This document shows, one piece after another, positions 1 through 12,899 of a DNA stretch of 64,000 nucleotides (its first letter is position 1; each line of letters opens with the position of its first letter). The DNA is taken from NCBI GenBank assembly GCA_040285825.1, contig JAUPSS010000010.1:1238881-1302880 (forward strand), written 5' to 3'. The position numbers and the translations under genes were made by a program. The notes under the pieces were generated by a model. That model was not told the DNA's origin. It ran no database searches and saw only the letters and a list, made by a program, of their open reading frames with translations. Origin of the DNA: Eukaryota sp. TZLM1-RC (Eukaryota > Protista > Metamonada: BaSk clade).

Positions 1-654
1 TGCCTAAAAACCAACCAATTTTTCAATAGCATCAGTTGTTTTATATAAAACAAAGTAACCCAAATTGTTTAATCAAAAATATTATTTCCAGTTCTAAAAT
101 GAAATTTAATACAAGTTATTTAAACGTCAATTCATTTTACATCAAAGAAAGATCGGCTTGTGAACATATTAAGTCGCAATTAATTACCAATCGTTGTTTC
201 CTAGTAATATTCAGATAAGTTTGTTTCAATTGCTGGAATACAGAGTTTACAACCAAGTTCGTTATCCACCAGAATGACAGTATTCAACTGGTGACCAGGC
301 ATATCAGCAAAGTTATTGTTCAAATATCTTTTTGTATTCCAGGGTGTATGCCCTTGTTGAAAATCCCTAACGTTGTAACGACGTAAATCATAGACTCTTG
401 GAATGTCTTGATTTAAGTTTATTGCTGTGAAGGGAAGTTCAATGGTTCAGCGAGACTGGATTGGGACCTTTTATGACTGTGGATTTATGAAAGGCATTTC
501 AGTCTTTGTTTGTTGTTAAAGGAGGAATCCATAGCCTTGAATCAGTTTATTCTACACTGTTTCAAATTGAAATTCACAATTATATTTCAACAGTAGAACT
601 CGAATTTTTTTCAGAAAATTGTAACCATCATAGAATTTCATTCAAATTTAGAAT

Positions 655-1125
655 ATTCATTCATGTAATGTTGCAAATGATACTTTGGTTCACAGAAGAA
701 AACTTTATCCTGTGGCTGCTCTGGATTTTAAAGCAAACGATAAACATAGAAAATATGATAAAGAAATTGAAGAGGCAAATGTCGATGAAAATACATAGCT
801 GGTTTTTATTGCTTTCCCATTTTCGATAAATGGAAGATTATCAGTTGAAGCAGAAACTTTTTTAGACGACTTCCAAAAAATGGTGCAAGAAAAAACAATG
901 AACAGATTTGATATTTTTTTATGGCGTTCACGGATTCAATTTGCCATTATTAATAGATTACCGCGGTTTTTCAATCGAATAAGAGAAGCTTTAGCTAGAC
1001 AGCAAGCAGATCAAGATTTTGTAGAGGAAATCTTGATTCAATGATAGTCGTCCCATTAGTATTGAGTTAATTTAATTAAGTGTGCAAATTCAATAAATAT
1101 AGTAATATTCATTCCAAAAAAAACT
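655..1125 (+). mobile_element. 3' fragment of RLE-type (CRE-like) non-LTR retrotransposon, family A
   Basis: Near-identical to 55620-56055, including the 3' UTR TAGTCGTCCCATTAG...AATAAA; ends in an A-run at ~1116-1123. Confidence 0.85.
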
Positions 1126-1240
1126 CATCTTTCAGGAAAAAGATGCACTTGGAAAACACGCATTTTGTCAGGGTTGCAACTCTGACAAATTCGACTCACC
1201 GACATCACCCTACCTTCAACCCCCAACCCTGGTCTACCTC

Positions 1241-2311
1241 ATGACCGAAGAAGACAAAGAGATTTATACTTATGAATCTGAACGTCCAGTCTATGGATGT
1301 TCGTGGAGCACTTCCAAAAACACCCCTCTTCGCTTAGCAGTTACTTCTTTTGTGGAAGAGTACAGTAATGATATACAGGTAATTCAGCTTGATTCTAAAG
1401 TCCAAGAGTATGCTCTTTCTACCCTCTCACCTTTTAGGTTCGTCAAAGCTGCAAGTATCACTCACCCCTACCCAGCCACTAAAGTAATGTGGGGCCCAGA
1501 AGCAACGTCTCAATCTCAGGGAAATTCTCGTACAGAATTTCTGGCTTCTTCTGGAGACTACCTACGGGTGCATCAAGTTATTACAGATGAAAACAACTGT
1601 GTTCGTACTGAGCAATTATGTCTTTTAAACAGTGTTTGTGGCTTTACTAGTAGTTAATTCTAGAACAAATCGTCTACTTTTTGTGCTCCACTTACTTCTT
1701 TTGATTGGAACGAATCTGCTCCACATCTTCTGGGAACCTCCTCTATAGACACAACTTGCTCCATATGGGATCTCAACACACGACAGTTAAAGACACAACT
1801 CATAGCGCATGACAAGGAAGTGTTTGATTTGGCCTTTGCAAAGAGTCCAGATCTTTTTGCTTCTGTTGGCGCTGACGGTTCTGTGCGTATGTTTGACCTC
1901 AGATCACTAGGACATTCAACAATCATTTATGAAACTCCCAATACTACCCCTTTGCTTCGGCTATCATGGAATAAGCAAGACCCAAACTATCTGGCCACCA
2001 TTGCACAAGATTCTTCCTCTACTATTTGCCTAGATATCAGGATGCCCTCACTGCCGATTGTGGAGCTTCCAGGTCATGTTTCGCCTGTCAACTCTATATG
2101 CTGGGCTCCTCACTCCACATGCCACGTGGCCACTGCTGCTGATGATAGATTCGCTTTCATATGGGATCTCTCTCCTCTTCCAAATGCTATAGAAGATCCA
2201 ATGTTGGCGTACAAGGCGCCAGGACATATTGAACAGTTAGATTGGTCGACAGCACATCATGACTGGATTGCAATAACTTTTGGGAACAAGTTGCAAGCTT
2301 TGCGTGTTTGA
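1241..2311 (+). CDS. DCAF7: WD40 protein DCAF7/WDR68/AN11; introns 1408-1437 and 1634-1663
   Basis: After splicing two 30-nt GT-AG introns the protein reads HPYPATKVMW, LASSGDYLR, LLNSNKSSTFCAPLTSFDWNE, QLIAHDKEVFD, FASVGADGSVRMFDLR, LLRLSWNKQDPNYLAT, LQALRV*. Confidence 0.95.
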
Positions 2312-2420
2312 AGTTTTTTTGTTTTACTTTTTCCATTTTGTATCTACATTATTGTCTATAAACAAAATATCTTTTTAAAAACTATTTAAATATATATTAT
2401 ACAATGATTAATCTACAACT

Positions 2421-3414
2421 TTAAATACTGGAGCATTGGTGTAAATATGGCAAATTATTGACATCAGGTTTCTCTTTCTCCTTCACATACTGATCCAATA
2501 TGGTATTCTCTAATACTATTCTGACAACTTTTCCCTTATTTGTCTCCCTTCCCACAGCTTCCTTATCATGAACCACTATATTCGGTCCATCATCACTTCC
2601 TTTATCATTGTTGGCAAGCTTCTGGGAAGAAGATGCTAGTTTTAATAAAGATTGTTTTGAATGAATTTTCCTGCTCGATTCAGGAAGGTCCAAAACGGTT
2701 ACTTCATTGTTATCTAGTGGTGCAGGTTTGGTAGAATGATCCCATGGGAGATCGCAAGTTTCTCTAAATGTAAATACTTTAGTTTCTTCCGGAATTTGAG
2801 CTCGTTGTATATATTTTTGAATAGACTCGTTTTGACGGTCAAGAAAAGTCTCCTGAATTTGATTGCTGACCTCTCCTGCTTCCTCTTCCTTTGCTTTTTC
2901 TTCATCAAGTACTTCGAAATCATTATTGAATTCATCAATAGATAAATTATCAACAAACTCAAGCAAATCTTCTTCCTCTTCCTGTTCTTTCTGTTCTACT
3001 TGTGCTTGTTTACTAAGAGCCCATGACCTCCTCCCTCCTCTCCTACCCCTCATTGGCCTGGATTCTGAATGACGTTTATTTTTAATGGTAGAGGAAAGTT
3101 CTGATATAAATTTTCGGTGATGAGACAAAGCACTGTTTCTTTCTGAGGTGAATCAAAGTGATACTTGACAAACTCTTTTCTATAGCATTGAGACGAGCGA
3201 TCTCACGTGCTATCAGATGAGTATTATCAGTACCATAACTAAGAGGATCATGAGTTGCTGTTGCAGGGACATAAGGTTGAGAGGATGCAGACTGTCCCCT
3301 AGATTGCTTTGCTGCAGAAGATTGTTTTACTGAATTAGAAGCAGCTGAAGTACATAAATTGAAAGTAGGAGCTGGGTCAGGAGGTCGTGCACTTACACAA
3401 ACTTCTTTTGACAT
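2421..3414 (-). CDS. Hypothetical low-complexity/acidic protein; intron 3143-3173
   Basis: A 31-nt GTTTGT...CTCAG intron joins ORF 3082-3495 (from ATG 3414) in frame to ORF 2421-3128. Confidence 0.6.
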
Positions 3415-3486
3415 TAAAAGATGATGTTGAAGAAGCGCTGAATACAAAATTCCTAAATACAAATCTGCTAACTTACATCTATAGAA

Positions 3487-3774
3487 ATGGGACATGCTTT
3501 TTCTCAGTGTTGCCCAGTACCTAAGTCGGCATTACAGACTCAAGATCTTCTCAGTGAATTAGCAGCTGATCCAGAAGAGGATTTTCATCTAGCAGAAGTT
3601 TCTTCCAACTTGGATTCATCCAAGCCATCAGGAATTTCATCACTTCAAAGTCACAACTCTAATCATCTCAATCCGCGATTAATACCGCAGAACCCTGGTA
3701 GTCCATCAGGAATGAGTAATCTAGACTCCACCTTACTCCGTCAAAATCGATATGTTTTTACCTCTCAAGTTTAG
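3487..3774 (+). CDS. Small hypothetical protein with a possible N-acylation motif (MGHAFSQCC)
   Basis: 95-aa ORF divergent from the 3414 gene; T-rich 3' region with AATAAA downstream. Confidence 0.45.
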   Translation: MGHAFSQCCPVPKSALQTQDLLSELAADPEEDFHLAEVSSNLDSSKPSGISSLQSHNSNHLNPRLIPQNPGSPSGMSNLDSTLLRQNRYVFTSQV

Positions 3775-3979
3775 CGGTGAGAGATGAACTTTCTCGTTAA
3801 CTCTGTACAGACTTCTTTGTTGTGGTTATTTAGTTTTTTTATCATTAACATTTAGTTTTTTTAAGTTGGTACTCTTTTTGACAATAAATAAATCAAGGTG
3901 TACATTTTAAACCACGAAATGCCCAAAGCAAATTTTATAGCATTTTATTCACAAACAGTCAGAATATAACATGTGTAGG

Positions 3980-4864
3980 CTATGTGACCAATTGAAAGAC
4001 CTCAAGTTCCTTCACTCCAAACACACTACCTCCAGAGAAGGTGGCTTGAGCATTTTCCACAGGTATCTCGGGAGATGAATAGATAGAGTTTAGACCCAAA
4101 GATCCTCCTCCTTCACGGTCGGCGTTATCGCAAATGTATAAGTCTGACACCCCAAAGATGGGTCCCATTTCAGAATCTTGCATTATGCCATACTCTTCAC
4201 AGGAACCAGTAATTCCGGTACCTTCTAGCTTGGTGAGAATAACTCCATGCTCTAGATCTTGTGAGGGTTCTAATGGTCTAAAACAATATAGAAATGCTCC
4301 AGGTGAGGACTTATGACCTTGTGTACCACCAAAGGGAGTACTGCTGAATCCTCCAATAACATGATTATCAGTTGTTAGAATTACTACCATTATATTCTCA
4401 TGAAGATCGCAGTGGTGATGGAAATCTACAGCACGATATCCCTGTTCAGAAGCTCTGTACAACAGCTTGAAAACACCTGGTTGCTTGACTGCAGAGGTCA
4501 CCATTGAGCGTAGTTTACCAGCATCATCAGGAGAAAGTATTACTGATGACTCAGTAAAACCAACTTTTCGGAATGTGGACCTTAGTTCACTGGGGGAATG
4601 TGGTCTTGGTATCACATATGCGGAAGGATGTTCAAAATCAAAAGGTGTAACATCTACTGACTCATGTTGTGAAAGTGTATCGGGTGCAATCGATGACGGT
4701 CTTCGTTCAAAAGACGGAGGATAACTGATACTCGTACGACGTGTGTTCTCCTCTATACTAGACAATCGCTTATCAAAGGATTCCACTAGTTTTAGCACGT
4801 TGTTTAGATCTCTACGAATCTCGTTCAAGTGGCCTTCAATTGTTTGGTATTCTGTGGAAGTCAT
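3980..4864 (-). CDS. TLDc-domain protein with N-terminal coiled coil
   Basis: FKLLYRASEQGYRAVDFHHHCD, IGGFS, GPIFG..DLYI, FGVKELEVFQL. Confidence 0.9.
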   Translation of the reverse strand: MTSTEYQTIEGHLNEIRRDLNNVLKLVESFDKRLSSIEENTRRTSISYPPSFERRPSSIAPDTLSQHESVDVTPFDFEHPSAYVIPRPHSPSELRSTFRKVGFTESSVILSPDDAGKLRSMVTSAVKQPGVFKLLYRASEQGYRAVDFHHHCDLHENIMVVILTTDNHVIGGFSSTPFGGTQGHKSSPGAFLYCFRPLEPSQDLEHGVILTKLEGTGITGSCEEYGIMQDSEMGPIFGVSDLYICDNADREGGGSLGLNSIYSSPEIPVENAQATFSGGSVFGVKELEVFQLVT

Positions 4865-5867
4865 AAGAAAAGTTGTCGAGAGAGTTTCAGATCGGAAGTT
4901 TTTGTTTTTTCAAAGAACCGAAACAATTCATTGAGGGATTGGAATTTGACACGTGTTCGCACGTGGCATTTCTACTAATTTATACAATTTAAATAAATGA
5001 ATACTTTTCCTAATCGTATACAGTAATTTAGTGCTTCATACTTGTCACGAATCTCTAGCATCTACCATCAGTTCGTTATTGGGACCTAGTAAGGTGACTG
5101 TATTCGCATTCTCTCATCATCGTCCCTGTTATGTTCATCAAAACCAGAGCTTATTTTGGTTAGCAAATATTAATTGATTTTTCTCGTTTTCAATCGAAAT
5201 TCTTCGTATTCAGTGACCATAGTATTTGTTTGAATTCCCCATCGTATGGAATTCTACTGTTGTAGTGTTCATCACAGAGCAATACAGGTTAAGCCCCTGA
5301 TTACATTGCCAGTGTCAAGTTGAGATGAATATTTGATGGATAGAAGTGGATTCAATCGGTTTTGGGTAGAAATAGGTTCTGTTTTTACCATTGAATTCAA
5401 GGTTGCGGTGTACATCTACTGAACATCTAACACTGTTCAATTCAAATAAGTTTTGTAATCGATCAATTTACCTCAATTTTCTTAATGAAATATATACATG
5501 ATTGACCTCAATAAATTAATTTCAAATTACAACTAGTTGTGACAACTGAATCCAAATCATTTGTTATTTCGACGTTTTGTCGTTTCGTCCTTGTAGTTCT
5601 TTCAATGAACATTGACTTTTTGTTGGAGAACTATACCCAGACTTACTTAAATACACGAAATCTATCTTTTTTGTCGATGAAATTCCCTTGTCCTTTTTAA
5701 TTTATGTCTTCTTTGTGCCGTCGTTGCCCTGTTTAAGTAAGGTAAGCTTTAGCATTCCTTGATGAGTTCGTTTTTTGTTGATTTCAATTATTTCTGCAAC
5801 CGTATTTGGTTGTTCTGGCGACAGATTGCGAAATAGAAAAATATATTCCCCTTAACGATGTTTAATC

Positions 5868-8040
5868 TATTGAATTTGCACACTTAATTAAATTAACTCA
5901 TAACTAATGGGACGACTATCATTGAACCAAGATTTCCTCTACAAAATCTTAATCTGCTTGCTGTCTAGCTAAAGCTTCTCTTATTCGATTGAAAAACCGA
6001 GGTAATCTATTAATAATGGCAAATTGAATCCGTGAACGCCATAAAAAAATATCAAATCTTTTCATTGTTTTTTCTTGAACCATTTTTTAGAAGTCATTCA
6101 AAAAAGTTTCTGCTTCATCTGATAATCTTCCCTTTATCGAAAATGGGAAAGCAATAAAAACCAGCCGTGTATTTCTATCAGCATTAGCCTCTTTCAATAT
6201 CTTTATCATATTTTCTATGTTTTTCTTTTGCTTTAAAATCAAGAGCACTCACAGGATTAAGTTTTCTTCTGTGAACCAAAGTATCATTTGCAACATTACA
6301 TGAGACAAAATCAACAATAGCTTCAGAATTATCAATCCAATCACAGTATACATCACCTCTATCATCAGAACCAAAATTATTCAGAGAATGTTTCCTTCAG
6401 CAGAGGCTCTTTGATACACGATATTCTTGCAGTTTGTGCCATAAAAACCAATAAAAACCAGCCGTGTATTTCTATCAGCATTAGCCTCTTTCAATATCTT
6501 TATCATATTTTCTATGTTTTTCTTTTGCTTTAAAATCAAGAGCACTCACAGGATTAAGTTTTCTTCTGTGAACCAAAATATCATTTGCAACATTACATGA
6601 GACAAAGTCAACAATAGCTTCAGAATTATCAATCCAATCACAGTATACATCACCTCTATCATCAGAACCAAAATTATTCAGAGAATGTTTCCTTCAGCAG
6701 AGGCTCTTTGATACACGATATTCTTGCAGTTTGTGCCATATTGAAAACAGTGTCTCTAACAGCATCATGTAGTGAAGAACGATAAGTTATCAATTTAGAA
6801 CAATTCAGAGCATGGAGCAAAGTGAGTTGAGGTGAATTCGAACAAATACATTTTTCTTTTAATAATAATTGATTAACGGGGATATTCAAATATAATCTCA
6901 TTTTTGTTACAAATGCTTCATTAGTAGCACACAATCCAAATCTTCGTGCTACAATGGTTACAAGAAGGGAAGAATCTGATGACTTGTTTTCACAAACACC
7001 CTTTTCCAATAACAATGAGTGAAGATCTTGATTTAAAACAGCCGAGCTGCACATATTATTATAAAGATCACTTTCATACATTCCAGTCAATCGTTTCTGT
7101 AATGTTCGAAGAGTGTACTTCAAATTTAAAACATTTTTTTCTGGAATATTGCCATTGAATGATTGGGGTTAGCATCGACCCCATTTTTCTGCATCAATTT
7201 TTGAAATTCCTTCATTTAGTGCAAAAACAGTGGAACTTTGCGTTGTCATCAATAAATCTTCCCAATCTGCAAATCTTTCGGAAAACTGTTGGCGCCCTAA
7301 GACTTATATAATATGAATAGAAAATAAATCAACTTTTCCTCATAGACTTCTCTTTACTACAATAGACATTAGGCAACAAAACTCAATGATTGCATTTCTG
7401 CATCCACCAACAAAAGCACACGAAGTAAGAATAGAAGCCTTCGTCCAACCTAAACCGCCATAATGTGGACTAAGATAAGCGTGGTCTGGAATTTGGAACT
7501 TTTTACATCCCAGTAATTGTGACAGAACTTTTGCACGTAACTCATTAAACTTCTGAGCCAAAGGCCTAGTGACAAGAGGATTTGTATATCGAAATATATG
7601 ATTGAAGTTGGAACTAAAACACAGTCTTAAAATGGTAAATTTGATGTGTTTTTGTATATCTAAATTCATCATTCGGTCAATTTTGTCGGAAATTGAGATC
7701 ATCTTTTCAAACAATTTGTTGGTAATTTCATCATTATTTCCTAAAAACGAACCCACATGACGAATAGCATCAATTGAATTCAATTTGGCTTGATTTCAAT
7801 ACCATCAACTATTGTGGAAACTGGAGAATTCGATAACAAAACACATTTAAGTAAATTAAGTCGGAGACCAATTTTGGTAAATAATTCTTTAAAACATACA
7901 GTTGTTTGTTTCACAATATTTAAATCACCAATAAGAACAACATCATCCATATATGCAATCATTTTCAGTGAAGGAAACATCTCTTGAATTTGCAATCCAA
8001 TAGGATGAATGGCCAAGCAAAACAAAAGAGGTCCTAATTA
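5868..8040 (-). mobile_element. Decayed family-A non-LTR retrotransposon (RT + RLE) with an internal ~297-bp tandem duplication and a solo-LTR insertion
   Basis: AYMDDVV, CICSNS..H..NC and HDAVRD motifs; matches 53395-56055; duplicated block starts at 6153 and 6450. Confidence 0.9.
7287..7378. mobile_element. 92-bp solo LTR
   Basis: TGTTG...CAACA ends with 4-bp TSD AAAC (7283-7286 / 7379-7382); the site is uninterrupted in the family-A copy at ~54085. Confidence 0.8.
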
Positions 8041-8054
8041 TTTTAAATTCAGAA

Positions 8055-9362
8055 GTGAAGAAACACATTTCCATTGAAAACGGGATTTTATTCATTTTGT
8101 CAGAAATTTCTTTTACTTTGAAACGCAAACAAAACAACTAAACAAGAGACTAAAACTCAATATCCTCAATACACGTATCAACATCGTTAAATCTCTTCAG
8201 TGTGTGTCTTTCATACTCTATTCCTAATTGTAACAGTGCTTTGGTTATCATCTCTGAAATTGCTTTAAGTACACTAAAAAAATTCTATTGTGCCAAAAAT
8301 CAAAGTTCACCTTTTTTTTGCTCTTTCTTTCATTAAACACCTGAAACCTTCGAATACCAGATACTCCAATGTTACAAAAAAGAGAAACAGTAAATGTAAC
8401 CAGCTGATACTCTGCTCAACACGCCCAAGCTGAGCAAAAGGCATTTTTTTATTTTTGCTCTTTTTGAATTTTGCACTTTTTAACAAAGCAAAGTGGAGTC
8501 TCATCAATTTAGCAAAATCAATTGCTGATTCCTTACAAACAACAACAGTGACAACATCAACATCTTTAATCACACCATCAGACCCAGGAGTAATTAAATC
8601 AGCACGGCATTTCCCAAAAGTATTATCATCTTCATTTTCAGGTCACAATTTACGCAAAAATGGTTCTACAAAACCTTCAATATTATGGTGGCTTTTGCAC
8701 ATGGCATACAATTGGTCTCTTACAGCATCATGAAAAACTGAGCGTTATGTAATATTAAATTTGCAATTAAATAAATGATTCAAAATAATAAGCTCACCAC
8801 AAAGACAAATCAAATCACTTGACACACTTCATGGCCACAGAAAATACCTCATTTTTAGAGCAGTTGTCCATTGATGGTTATTTAACAATAAATCATAAAC
8901 ATTTGGAATCTGGGAAATGAGACAACTTGAGCTACTTCCCTTAAGATCAATTAAAAAGTTGACAAAAACGGGATTCTTTTTTGTTAACCAAGCCAAGCCG
9001 AACAGTAAAATCTAAGTTTTCAAAAACTTTATATCTTTTTCTGCAATTTGGTGTATGCAAATCTTAAAGAAATCAAACTGCTGGGTAGAATTACTTGAAT
9101 ATTGGCAGGAAAGCATTTGGACTAGAAGTGAGGAGAGCGGCATTCAATTTCATTCTACAAAGCCACCAAATAGTCACTAAGACAATGTTCTATTAAATGT
9201 TGGTTTTCAGGAAAACGTTTCAAAAATTCAAAAATACAATTTTTGCTTCCACCAATGAATACAGCTTTACACAAATATTTAGTTTTGTGAAAATCTAGGC
9301 CTCCAAATTTTTTGCTACAAAAAATATGACTTCGTAAAACAAAAGAATCAATTTCTTTCATG
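8055..9362 (-). mobile_element. Diverged, decayed relative of non-LTR family B
   Basis: LRSHIFCSKKFGGLDFHK..YLCKA and AQLGRVE motifs shared with 48350-49980. Confidence 0.8.
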
Positions 9363-9847
9363 CAGTTAATTTTACTTTTCAGTTATTAACTTGATCTGAT
9401 TGATGTAAAGTGTCATCAGCTTTACAATTTTTACCAAATAAAGGTTTTCGTCCATTATCAGAAACTTTTTGTAAGCAAACGGCCGAAAAATGAATGGGGA
9501 ATTTAATTTCTCCTTCGTTATCTTTGATCATTTTCTGAAACCTTAGTGATGAACTGTTTCGTTGCCTGCGAGGGAGGTTTTGAGGATGTAGAACTTTCAT
9601 TTTATTTATAACATTTTTGTTTTCATCAAAAACCAGTAATTTAAAACTTTTAAACAATAGGTTTGTCACTTCAACTATTTTGTTGAAAAAGACATCATGA
9701 CAAGAAAAACGTGTCTAGACACAGTTTATTTACAAATAATTTCTAATAAAAATTCAAAAGGTTTTCTGACTATACTAAAGCAGAAAACGAACAAGAATTG
9801 TACAAGAAAAACCAATAAAAATACAATACAACAAAATTAATTAAAAA

Positions 9848-12475
9848 TCAATTAACCCCACGAACTTGTTCTAAAAAAAGTCTACCTGCCAACATTGAAT
9901 TCTCTCTTCTCAATAGAAGTAACTCTGAAGTCAAACCATACAATACGTCTAAAACAAGTGATACCTTGTCTTCCTCCGACATTGCTTCCACTTGAGCTCT
10001 GTTTTTGAGTTTGAATTGTGACCTCCAAGATTCTGATGACGTGTTAGTTGCCGATAGGAGGTCAGAAAGAGAAGGACGATTACTAACTAGAACGGACAGC
10101 AGATCTTCCACTTGATGAAGAGAATGATCGATGCAAGCGTTGACTGATTGTTCAGATGACATGTTGACATCAATCTTTTTTGATCGAATGAGTTCTAATT
10201 GAGATGATTTTAACGTGGTTTTCGACAATTTTGCCACAAATTTTGCCACAAATTCCAAATGCCGCATAATTAAATTCAATCGTTGCTGACTTTGCTGCCT
10301 CTCAATGCTATTTCTCGACCTAGGAGTAGTTGCATCCTGAAAACTCAAAGTCTGAACCATCAAGGGTGATGCTGTGTATCTCTTCTTTGGCATCGTGAGC
10401 GAAGGAGAAGCAGCTTCCGTGGGTGACATTGGGGAAAGAGGAAGAGGGTCATAATTGACTGTGTGAACTGAAGTAGTTGCCGATGGAGGGTCCTTGATTG
10501 CACAATCCCGTTCAGCAGTCACAACAGCAAGCTCCTTCGTTAAGGAATCAACCTTGGATTGAAGGTGAATAACTTTTGAATCAAGGTGATTTGTTGAAGG
10601 TTCGGCATCAAAATCAAAATCAATCATCAAAACTTTTTCAATCAAATCACGTGGAGTTTCAGACCCCCTAGAACAATCACTTTCCTTTCCAACCAATGAT
10701 CGAAGCCTCACAATCTCCCAACGCAACATATCAACATTGTCGCATTTGAATAAACCACCATCCAAGTTATGATCGTTTGGTTCAATATATCTACCTTTTC
10801 CTGCTTCAATTTGGGAGACAGACCAATGGAATATTTGGTGTTCTGGTGAGGATGAGACGGAGTTGGTTGGAATGTCATCATCGACAAATAATGACCTAAT
10901 CACAGGTGATTTGATTGATTTTGATCTAGAATTACTCAAACTAATCAGCAAGTTGTACACCTCGCCGTCAGCCATCGTCAATGGTGATCTTCCTTTTACA
11001 TCTCTAGCATTAACATCAGCACCTTTACTTACCAACAACCTCACCACCTCCACAAACGACTGAGAGACAGCAGCATGGAGGGGAGAGAAAGAGGAGTAGT
11101 CGGAGAGGCTTGGATCTGCATTGTGTGATAGGAGTAACTCGACAGATTCGAAACATCCTTTATTACAAGCAATTAATAGAGGTGTTTCCCCTTTTTTGTT
11201 TTGAAGATTGATTAATGATTGAGACAGGTTGTGACCCTTACCAATAATCAATTCAATCAGGGAACGTGACCTTCCCGCAGCTACATGGAGTAAAGAATCA
11301 CCAAATGAATTAACAATGTCGAGGGAAGCTTTGTTCGATAATACAATACGAATTGTTTTCATAGAGCCAAAGGAAAATGCGTAAAACAAAGCTGTATTGC
11401 CAGAATTATCAGGAGAATTAACTGGGCAATCAAATGAAAAACACAGATCCAGAACATCAATCAAATCACGTTGGCAGGCCAAATGAAGAATGGTTCTCCC
11501 TTCCGAATCAGTCAATGAAGAGGGAAATCCCGAGGAGAGGAGAGTTGAGAGGATGGCTGTGGAGGGATCCGGAGAAAGAGAAACTGTGGTGTGAAGAACA
11601 GTTCCTGTCCCACAGTCCCTACCAATAACGGAAGGTGTCACGTCATCAACTCGTGATTGATTGAGGATCACTTTGATTGCTCTTATATCAGAATTGATTG
11701 ATGCTAAATGGAGAGGCAGCAACCCCTCTTGAGGTGTGGTGAGCACGCTCAATCGTTGATCTTTAGAAAGTGAAGATAAGAGGGCTTCAATGGACTGGGC
11801 GTTACCGACACGTAAGCATGACAACATTAAAGGAGTGTAACCACTGGCATTGATAAAAGGGAATTTGGACAAAGTTGAAGCTTTAGATGCAAGTAATCGG
11901 ATAATGTCGGGACAAATGGAGGTTGAGCAGGCCAAGTGGAGGGGTGTGTCTCCAAAGTTGTCAATAGCAGAGACTGAACAAGAGTCTTGGGCTAGCAGAA
12001 GAGACACTATACCTGGATCAGAAGAAAGAGCAGCATAGTGGAGGGGTGTTCTGCCAAGGGAATCGTGGCGATTGGGTTCAGCACCTTTGGAAAGGAGAAG
12101 TTCTGTCGCTGAAAAGGAAGATGAGGCAGCTAGATGAAGAGCAGTTTGTCCATCCAAAGAGCGTAGGTTTATTGTAGAAGGTGATGCAAAGGATATAATA
12201 TAAGAGAGAAGATCAGCGTTTTGATGAAGAGCGACATAGTGGAGAGGTGTAAGACCATTCATATCGGTTTGATTGAGAGTTTTCACTGTTAATAAGGTAA
12301 GTGAGCAGTCAGAGACCAGTGGTGTTGACAGATGCACTACATCATTGTCAACTTTTGCTGCTATAAGATTCGTCAAGTTTGGACAGATAGTTTCTGCTAC
12401 AACCAGGGGTGTAGTGTTTGCTTCAACTTCCAATACCTGAGTTGATTCAGGTCCATCTATTGTAACATTGATCAT
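9848..12475 (-). CDS. TGS-like domain + ~12 ankyrin repeats + C-terminal coiled coil
   Basis: Repeated G.TPLH.A motifs; N-terminus TTPL.VAE.I...IAAKVD...V.LSTPL..D resembles the ThrRS-type TGS domain. Confidence 0.85.
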   Translation of the reverse strand: MINVTIDGPESTQVLEVEANTTPLVVAETICPNLTNLIAAKVDNDVVHLSTPLVSDCSLTLLTVKTLNQTDMNGLTPLHYVALHQNADLLSYIISFASPSTINLRSLDGQTALHLAASSSFSATELLLSKGAEPNRHDSLGRTPLHYAALSSDPGIVSLLLAQDSCSVSAIDNFGDTPLHLACSTSICPDIIRLLASKASTLSKFPFINASGYTPLMLSCLRVGNAQSIEALLSSLSKDQRLSVLTTPQEGLLPLHLASINSDIRAIKVILNQSRVDDVTPSVIGRDCGTGTVLHTTVSLSPDPSTAILSTLLSSGFPSSLTDSEGRTILHLACQRDLIDVLDLCFSFDCPVNSPDNSGNTALFYAFSFGSMKTIRIVLSNKASLDIVNSFGDSLLHVAAGRSRSLIELIIGKGHNLSQSLINLQNKKGETPLLIACNKGCFESVELLLSHNADPSLSDYSSFSPLHAAVSQSFVEVVRLLVSKGADVNARDVKGRSPLTMADGEVYNLLISLSNSRSKSIKSPVIRSLFVDDDIPTNSVSSSPEHQIFHWSVSQIEAGKGRYIEPNDHNLDGGLFKCDNVDMLRWEIVRLRSLVGKESDCSRGSETPRDLIEKVLMIDFDFDAEPSTNHLDSKVIHLQSKVDSLTKELAVVTAERDCAIKDPPSATTSVHTVNYDPLPLSPMSPTEAASPSLTMPKKRYTASPLMVQTLSFQDATTPRSRNSIERQQSQQRLNLIMRHLEFVAKFVAKLSKTTLKSSQLELIRSKKIDVNMSSEQSVNACIDHSLHQVEDLLSVLVSNRPSLSDLLSATNTSSESWRSQFKLKNRAQVEAMSEEDKVSLVLDVLYGLTSELLLLRRENSMLAGRLFLEQVRGVN

Positions 12476-12899
12476 AAGGAGGGGAGAAAACTACTTGGAA
12501 ATTCCAGGGAATTTTTGGGGCATACTGCGAATTTCACTTATCATTCATTCCCCTATGAAATTCACTCCTGTTTTCAACTTTCTCAATGTTTACTCACAGG
12601 CTGTAAGAGACATGTAGCATTAATTGAGAAAGACAATCATGATTTTCATCAATGTGCTACCTCACTTAAATACACTCACTACTTTGACAGAGCAAAGCCT
12701 CGGACTTGATGTATCTAAGTAGATCTACCAAATGCTACTAAGGTATTTGTAGATCGCTCTCAAAAGTTTCTCAAAAAAATTAAAAAAAATAAAAAACCTC
12801 AAAATAAATATCAATTTTCCAAAGTTTTTGTTTCTGTATGCCCAGATTCCCCATTCATCTCCTCAACAGAGCTTCTGGGCAAATGTAACTTTCCGGCCA

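Noticed and set aside
5040-5850. Decayed coding-like sequence on the minus strand
   Set aside because: Multiple stops and no recognisable motif.
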